From NCBI GenBank assembly GCA_051532055.1, contig JAOPTX010000034.1:1-64000 (forward strand): a stretch of DNA of 64,000 nucleotides. The letters run 5' to 3'. The DNA comes from Fibrobacterales bacterium (GTDB lineage: Bacteria; Fibrobacterota; Fibrobacteria; Fibrobacterales; JAOPTW01). The notes below the pieces were generated by a model. It was not told the DNA's origin. It did no database searches and was given only the letters and a program-made list of their open reading frames with translations. This document shows positions 58,163-64,000 of the stretch, in pieces. Both the position numbers and the translations under genes were made by a program. How positions within the stretch are numbered: position 1 is the first letter of the stretch; every line of letters starts with the position of its first letter.

Positions 58163-60457
58163 ATGAAAACTATTATTTCTTTTTTCAAACAAGACCACAA
58201 TCGATTTATTGCACTCCTTATCATTTTCGGTGCATTTATTAGGCTCATTCAACTGGGAAACCACCCCGCCGGCCTCAACCAAGAAGAGGCTGCTCTTGGA
58301 TATGACATTTGGGCTCTAATCCACTATGGAATTGATAGGAATAACATCCCATGGCCTATTCATTTTATTAGCTGGGGAAGTGGACAAAATGCTCTTTTAG
58401 GATACATCGCCCTCCCCTTTATTTGGCTCTTTGACCTGAGCACCTTTTCACTGAGGCTACCAAATGCCTTAATAGGAATCGCCTCTTTTATCGCCGCCTA
58501 TGGTATTGGCTGTAGGCTTCTCGACAAACGATTTGGAACACTCCTTCTTCTCCTAACGATAATCTCACCCTGGCATCTCATGATAAGTAGGTGGTCTCTT
58601 GAAGCCAATATCTATCCCTCAATAGTACTTGTTGCATTCTACTTTTTACTGCGCGCATCAGAGCACAAAAAATTCCTTTTCTTTTTTACAGCACTATTAG
58701 CTCTCTCTCTGTATGCATACGAAACCTCATATGCTTTTACTCCGCTCTTTTTGTTAGGGTTTGTAGTGTTTGCATTCCGAACAAAACAATTTTCTTTAAA
58801 GCCAGTGACAATCAGTGTTCTTATATTTTTGATCATTGCCACACCAATCATTATTTTTATTCTCATCAACGCCTTTAGTCTCCCAGAGATTATTACTCCT
58901 TACTTCTCAATTCCTCGCTACACAGGTAACCCTCAACTCCTAAGTATCACTGCTCTTCCGGCTAGTACTATTCTAAACACTCTACTCAAAAACATTGCAG
59001 ACCTTATCCTTCTCATTTTTGGAAGCCAAAAAGATATTTTGAGACTGACCACTCTTGATTATGCAGGTATCATCTTCCCAGTAACAATCCCCTTTACACT
59101 TATCGGCATCTACACCGCTTGTAAAAACTGGATTATACAGCGTAATAACATTGGATGGAGCATGCTTCTCTGTTGGGTCGTTGCCGGTTTTCTTACATCA
59201 CTTATTACAACCCCCAATATGACCCGCATTAACATTCTCGCGTACCCAATCATTATTTTTACTGCCTACGGTCTCTACCTTACCTCTACTCAATGGTCCA
59301 CTTTTTATAGACTCGCACTCTCTATGATTTTGATCTTTTTCTCAATTTTTATCATCTATTATTTTACTGGCTACCATACAGAGACCCAAGAAGAATTTCA
59401 CTATGGACTTGGAAATGCAATAATTGAGGCACAGGAGAAGTGTAACCCCAATGACACTATTTTGGTCCTTACAAGAGATTCAGCTGCGTATATACAAGCC
59501 CTCTTTTTTACTGAAGCCGACCCAAATCAATACCACACTACACGAATATTTGAAAAAATAAAAGTACCTTTCCAAGTTGTACGCTCATACAGTAATTACA
59601 AATTCAGCACAAACCAATCAGACTTTGTATTACCAAATATTTCAGTGGTAGAATCCTATAGGTTAGCCGACATCGACACTACGCACTACTATGTGAAACT
59701 ATTGCATAACTACACCTTACTCCTCAAAAAATCTGAATACCCCCCTTTCAAACTACAGAAATCTGAAACACCCTATTTCCATATTTATCCTACTTCTATA
59801 TCCTATCAAAATATGCTCACCATCCACACTAATCAAAATATAGGGCAAATTAAAGTCACTCTCTTTTCACCCTATATTAAAAAAAGGAGAAGAATCACTC
59901 TCTCTCCTTTTCAAACAGGAGTCTATCAGTTACCAATAGACTCTCTCTATCCAGGGTATAATAGACTTAATTTTTTCACCTTTGATAGTACTGCGAAGAA
60001 ACGAATTCGTCACACTAAAGAACTCTTTAATAAAAATCATGGTACAACCTTACCACTATCCTTTTCCTCACTTAACGGAACTCAAGACTGGCGAATACTC
60101 GTAGATAACTTGGCTGTAAATAGGTCGGCTATAACGGTTAATAACAAGATATACTCATTTGGCATGGGAACCCATGGTACCAGTCGCTATGCATTTACCC
60201 CTCCCAATAATGCCGACTCCCTCTTTGTAGCATTTGGAATGTCAGATGAAAAAACTTGTGGTGACGGTGTTTCAGTTTCTATAGTAGGGGGAACAACTAC
60301 TCTCTATCATCATAGCTCTGTGAGAAGGGGAAAGCTTTACACTACTAAAGTAGCTGTCCCCAAAGTCGACTCTCTCTTTCTTATATCAAAAAATAAAATA
60401 AATTCTCGTTGCGACCATCTCAACTGGATCTACCCCTATTTTTCTATACAGCAATAG
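58163..60457 (+). CDS. GT-C (ArnT/PMT_2-like) glycosyltransferase with C-terminal Ig-like and NPCBM domains
   Basis: P.GLNQEEA..GYD, SLRLPNAL.G, SPWHLMISRW.LE; multi-TM; C-terminal YSFGMGTHG...GMSDE..CGDGV...CDHLNW. Confidence 0.82.
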   Translation: MKTIISFFKQDHNRFIALLIIFGAFIRLIQLGNHPAGLNQEEAALGYDIWALIHYGIDRNNIPWPIHFISWGSGQNALLGYIALPFIWLFDLSTFSLRLPNALIGIASFIAAYGIGCRLLDKRFGTLLLLLTIISPWHLMISRWSLEANIYPSIVLVAFYFLLRASEHKKFLFFFTALLALSLYAYETSYAFTPLFLLGFVVFAFRTKQFSLKPVTISVLIFLIIATPIIIFILINAFSLPEIITPYFSIPRYTGNPQLLSITALPASTILNTLLKNIADLILLIFGSQKDILRLTTLDYAGIIFPVTIPFTLIGIYTACKNWIIQRNNIGWSMLLCWVVAGFLTSLITTPNMTRINILAYPIIIFTAYGLYLTSTQWSTFYRLALSMILIFFSIFIIYYFTGYHTETQEEFHYGLGNAIIEAQEKCNPNDTILVLTRDSAAYIQALFFTEADPNQYHTTRIFEKIKVPFQVVRSYSNYKFSTNQSDFVLPNISVVESYRLADIDTTHYYVKLLHNYTLLLKKSEYPPFKLQKSETPYFHIYPTSISYQNMLTIHTNQNIGQIKVTLFSPYIKKRRRITLSPFQTGVYQLPIDSLYPGYNRLNFFTFDSTAKKRIRHTKELFNKNHGTTLPLSFSSLNGTQDWRILVDNLAVNRSAITVNNKIYSFGMGTHGTSRYAFTPPNNADSLFVAFGMSDEKTCGDGVSVSIVGGTTTLYHHSSVRRGKLYTTKVAVPKVDSLFLISKNKINSRCDHLNWIYPYFSIQQ

Positions 60458-60478
60458 CACAATGTAAAAACCTGGGCT

Positions 60479-62782
60479 TTACTGAACAAATCCCCAGGTG
60501 ACAAAAAAGAGCAGTGAGCAAAAAGCAAAGAGAACAGGCACCCCTAAGAGTACTTTTTTAACACTGGTCTGTGTCTGTAGCTGAACCATCCTTCCATACA
60601 ATAATACTGCACCAATAAGTACAGGATAGATATAACGAAAGTCGGTATTGCATGATACTGGTGCTTTAATACGATATGCAAGAAGTGCACCCAGAGATGA
60701 CAATACGAGAAGAAGCGCGGGTGCCTCTTTATAAATACGTGCAATGCTCAGTTTTCTAATACCCCAAAAAGGCATAAGGAGCATAATAAGAAGGAGTACC
60801 CCTAATACCCCACCCACTACCATATGAAAAGGACTTCTAAATTGGTACTCTGAAAACAGCGATGATTTCAAAAAGAAGTTCCAAAAATACTGCCGCCCCC
60901 CCCAGTCAAACCATGTTGAAGTATACGGTTGGGATACAAACGTAGGAATATCAAGATAGATGTAATTTACTATGCCATTATCAACTTTCAATTTTTTATT
61001 GATTGAATTTCCAACATTCAGCAATAACCAATCGCTCTTCTCTTCTTGTGCAAAATAGATATTATCACCAATATTGACACCAGCCGCTATAATTACAACT
61101 ACCAAACTTAAGAGTGCAGGTTTAATAAACTGTTTGCGATTTTTCCGAATAAGTTGAATGAGAAGGAGTCCTGCAAAAACACCACCAAGAATCACCCCAC
61201 TTGATTTTGAAACCATACTCAAAAAGAGACAAACAAGCGCCCAATTGAAATAGATCTTTTTGTGAGACCTCCACCATCGTACAATCAAATAAAAACCTAA
61301 TACGGTAAAAAGGTACATTGGCATGTCATTACCAATTCTAATGGAATGAATAATTCCCGAAGGCCATAAAAGTATAACACACAGGAGTACTTTCCGAAGA
61401 AGTGGTGATTTTATAAGTTCTCTTACAGTAAGATACGATACCAATTGAAAAAGAACAAACATGAGAAGAGATATAAGTCGCATCGGTACATGCCAATCAA
61501 CAGTAAAAAGGTGTGTACTGACAAAAGCAACTACTGCCCCAATCAAATAATAAAGAGGTGGCTGATGATATTCCCAACCCTTAGCAGGATGTGGAAAAGC
61601 AAGGTTATCAATGAGATAAAAAATATAATCCCTGTGTCCCCCCCCTTCATATACATCAAATATACGAACTATAAGTGGTGTGTATATCAAATACCACACA
61701 AGTACCGCTATCCCAATTCCAAAAAGGATCATCTCGCTTTTAGAGAATGCAAAATAACTAAGTGCTGCGTATATGAAAAGCCAGATCCCTATACTATATA
61801 GAGTAAATGCTGCTATACGTTCTATCACACTGTAATTAGGGTACACCGTAACACCACCTTGGCCACCCTTATTTGTAATGACAATTTCAATACTGTTCAC
61901 TTCAGAAGTAAGGTAAGGACCAAAGTCATATAAAAATCCATTATGCCAATCGTTAAGTTGCGCTTTATTGAGGTGAGTCAGGTCAACACTCTCTCCATTA
62001 ACGCGCATCCCTACAAGCTTGTCATCAGGGATAATTTTAAAGAGATCACTACTCAGCAAACTGGGACTATAATCAAAGGTTAGAACATACGTTCCTTTAA
62101 CACTATGCTTTTGTACTGGCCACTGTTCTTCGACTTGTTTTCCATTGTAATTACTAAAAATATTGGTGATTTGGTTTCCTGATAATAGGCAGGTTATACC
62201 CAATAATATCAATCCGGCAGCCATAGTAAACGATTTTTTTCGTCCAATAGATCGCCATACTGGAGCCAATATTACTGCACCTGCAAAGAAGAAGCAAAGT
62301 ACCGCCATAAAAACAAGCAATGCTGATGTTCGATATTGATGTGTAGGAGGATTGTACCTAATATCCAAACCTCCTCTCCCCCCACTATTTACAACAACTA
62401 TCTCAACAGCATTTGAACCGATTTCTAAATGATCAATGAGTGAAATTCGAGCGCCATTTTTATAGTCTCGCAACTTCGATTTTTGAATAGTATCAAGCCT
62501 TACATCTGCCCCATTCACTTTCATTGAATACAAAAAATCATCGGGTATTACTGTCAGCCAATTAGAACCCTCTCGATCTCTTACATAATTAAAAGAATAA
62601 GCCATTGTATCTGCGAGTGTATCATGAGTATAATGCGGAAGCTCCACAACACTCGTAATGTCACCGTAAGTTACGGTCTGTGAATTAATTACTGGCTCTC
62701 TTAGAACAATACTGCTTATAAATAAAATGAGCGCTGAAATTAGTGCCAACGCCACAACAGCTATGCGTTGATTATTAGTCAT
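60479..62782 (-). CDS. GT-C (PMT_2-like) membrane glycosyltransferase with two duplicated extracytoplasmic sugar-binding-like domains
   Basis: Two copies of IPDD.L..M.VNG...NG...N..EIV..N.GG.GG; FDV...GH.DY, EYHQPPLYY, RIGND, SKSSG, DFRYIYP; many TM segments. Confidence 0.75.
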   Translation of the reverse strand: MTNNQRIAVVALALISALILFISSIVLREPVINSQTVTYGDITSVVELPHYTHDTLADTMAYSFNYVRDREGSNWLTVIPDDFLYSMKVNGADVRLDTIQKSKLRDYKNGARISLIDHLEIGSNAVEIVVVNSGGRGGLDIRYNPPTHQYRTSALLVFMAVLCFFFAGAVILAPVWRSIGRKKSFTMAAGLILLGITCLLSGNQITNIFSNYNGKQVEEQWPVQKHSVKGTYVLTFDYSPSLLSSDLFKIIPDDKLVGMRVNGESVDLTHLNKAQLNDWHNGFLYDFGPYLTSEVNSIEIVITNKGGQGGVTVYPNYSVIERIAAFTLYSIGIWLFIYAALSYFAFSKSEMILFGIGIAVLVWYLIYTPLIVRIFDVYEGGGHRDYIFYLIDNLAFPHPAKGWEYHQPPLYYLIGAVVAFVSTHLFTVDWHVPMRLISLLMFVLFQLVSYLTVRELIKSPLLRKVLLCVILLWPSGIIHSIRIGNDMPMYLFTVLGFYLIVRWWRSHKKIYFNWALVCLFLSMVSKSSGVILGGVFAGLLLIQLIRKNRKQFIKPALLSLVVVIIAAGVNIGDNIYFAQEEKSDWLLLNVGNSINKKLKVDNGIVNYIYLDIPTFVSQPYTSTWFDWGGRQYFWNFFLKSSLFSEYQFRSPFHMVVGGVLGVLLLIMLLMPFWGIRKLSIARIYKEAPALLLVLSSLGALLAYRIKAPVSCNTDFRYIYPVLIGAVLLYGRMVQLQTQTSVKKVLLGVPVLFAFCSLLFFVTWGFVQ

Positions 62783-62790
62783 AGGTATTC

Positions 62791-64000
62791 CTATTTAATT
62801 AAAAGTGGGTTCATCCAATTAGCATGATCACAATAGCTAGAACCCTCGCTATTAGATTTCAGGGCAAGTTTTTTAACCCCAGAAATATCTGTTTTAATAG
62901 TAATTGTTTTGCCTTGTTTAACAATGGACGACTTACTGAGCGACTTACCATCACCCAGCACTTCGAATGAGATGCCATCAGAACAGCTTACTTCATCATC
63001 AATTCCAACAACGGCTTCAAATGTACTATATGAACTCTTTAACTGATATCTCAGTTCACTAGGAGCATGAGTTCCGAGGCCTTCAGTATATTTTTTATCG
63101 CCAACAGTCAGTGGATGGTTATCAACACTCTTATTTATTTTGAGAGATTTATACGTTTGAGTACTGCTACCTTTCAATGTCGTCAAACGCTTCACTCCAT
63201 CTCCTTTACGAAAAATGGTATGCGTTTGAGTATCTATCAATATTTTTTGGTAGTATAGCGAAACGGAAATTTCGTTGTAGCCGACCTTTACTAATTCCCC
63301 TACAGAAGTTTTGACTTCATCTTTTTTGACTGTTATCTCTTTTTGCTTGCCGGTAAGAACATTTAAAATCGAGACACTAAATGAAACATCACTTTTTGAC
63401 TTAACTTTTAAGGTAATGCTATCACTCAAAATATTGCCTTTGGTGCTGTTAAAAGTACTGCTATATATTGATTGTTCTTCTTTTGATACAGCAGTGTAGA
63501 GTACAGGATTGAGCCAATCAGTATGATCACATGAGCCCCCATTACCCACATGAGTTCTCAACTCAAGTTTTTTCACTGAGGTGACCGGTACAGAAACATG
63601 TTTTACCGTATTTTGTTTCATTTTTTTTGATTTAAAGAGCCGTTTCCCATCGCCTAAAATTTCAAACAGTGCACCATCACCACATTTTGCACCATCATCC
63701 ATACCATACCATGTATGAAATACTCCATAATCCTTATCAAGAATAATAGTATTGGTACTTGTTGCATGGGTTCCCACTCCCATATCATATAAACGGGCAT
63801 CAATCTTTAAGTCAATCTCGCGTATAGATTTATTGATTTGGTATTTCTTATACCCTGCTTTACCAGTAATATTTAAATCAGTTATGAGCGTGGTATTCGG
63901 TGATTCAACATAAACACTCTTCCACTTTGTGAAAAGATACTCATCACCAAAATAAACCTTAAATTCCAAATCATTTATCCCTGGTTTAAAAAATTCTGCG
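62791..64000 (-). CDS. NPCBM/NEW2 domain protein (at least two NPCBM domains), 5' end outside the window
   Basis: Frame is open to the window edge (AEFFKPGINDLEFKVY); two copies of G.GTHA.S...G.DD..C.DG..FE.LGDGK.L..S...CDH..W.NP.L. Confidence 0.85.
   Translation of the reverse strand, partial: AEFFKPGINDLEFKVYFGDEYLFTKWKSVYVESPNTTLITDLNITGKAGYKKYQINKSIREIDLKIDARLYDMGVGTHATSTNTIILDKDYGVFHTWYGMDDGAKCGDGALFEILGDGKRLFKSKKMKQNTVKHVSVPVTSVKKLELRTHVGNGGSCDHTDWLNPVLYTAVSKEEQSIYSSTFNSTKGNILSDSITLKVKSKSDVSFSVSILNVLTGKQKEITVKKDEVKTSVGELVKVGYNEISVSLYYQKILIDTQTHTIFRKGDGVKRLTTLKGSSTQTYKSLKINKSVDNHPLTVGDKKYTEGLGTHAPSELRYQLKSSYSTFEAVVGIDDEVSCSDGISFEVLGDGKSLSKSSIVKQGKTITIKTDISGVKKLALKSNSEGSSYCDHANWMNPLLIK

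Noticed and set aside
59726..59781. short near-tandem repeat KSEYPPF / KSETPYF
   Set aside because: Only two degenerate copies in a linker; not an array.
1..64000. CRISPR array, IS element, integrase, prophage or anti-phage defence system
   Set aside because: No spaced direct repeats, transposase, recombinase, phage structural or recognisable defence genes were seen. thyA, folA and the dUTPase sit among housekeeping genes.

Overview
AT-rich bacterial chromosomal window with no integrase, transposase, prophage or CRISPR array visible. Several features point to an FCB-group bacterium, most plausibly Fibrobacterota (inference only): Ser-rich lipoproteins, a T9SS-type C-terminal domain, and CotH and NPCBM proteins. 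Contents from left to right: (1) a LOG-family gene and an esterase; (2) a rearranged replication cluster, dnaN-[barrel/FlgD-Ig protein]-recF-dciA-gyrB, with neither dnaA nor gyrA; (3) purA-crp-PASTA-TPR-LolB-like-(M6 pseudo-protease)-ABC-F; (4) cheX divergent from three tandem HD-GYP paralogues that all lack the His of the HD motif; (5) a glycan/glycolipid locus with GT4s, wecD-wecE-wecF, flippase, gmhA, GT32, MMPL, a methyltransferase and an ABC exporter; (6) tRNA-Glu(UUC); (7) a class III adenylate cyclase whose 6-TM anchor resembles the Vibrio CqsS / Legionella LqsS quorum-sensing receptor; (8) mnmD, thyA-folA, USP and a dimeric dUTPase; (9) a TetR-MMPL-LolA-like-barrel operon; (10) a Cys/Asp-repeat lipoprotein, a CotH kinase and GT-C/NPCBM glycosyltransferases. 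Best candidate for a new system: a natural CqsS-like receptor-adenylate cyclase fusion. The same window holds a Crp with an intact cAMP pocket and CRP boxes (TGTGA-N6-TCACA type) at class II promoter spacing, suggesting a possible quorum-signal to cAMP to Crp circuit. All family assignments come from motif recognition by eye; no database searches were run.
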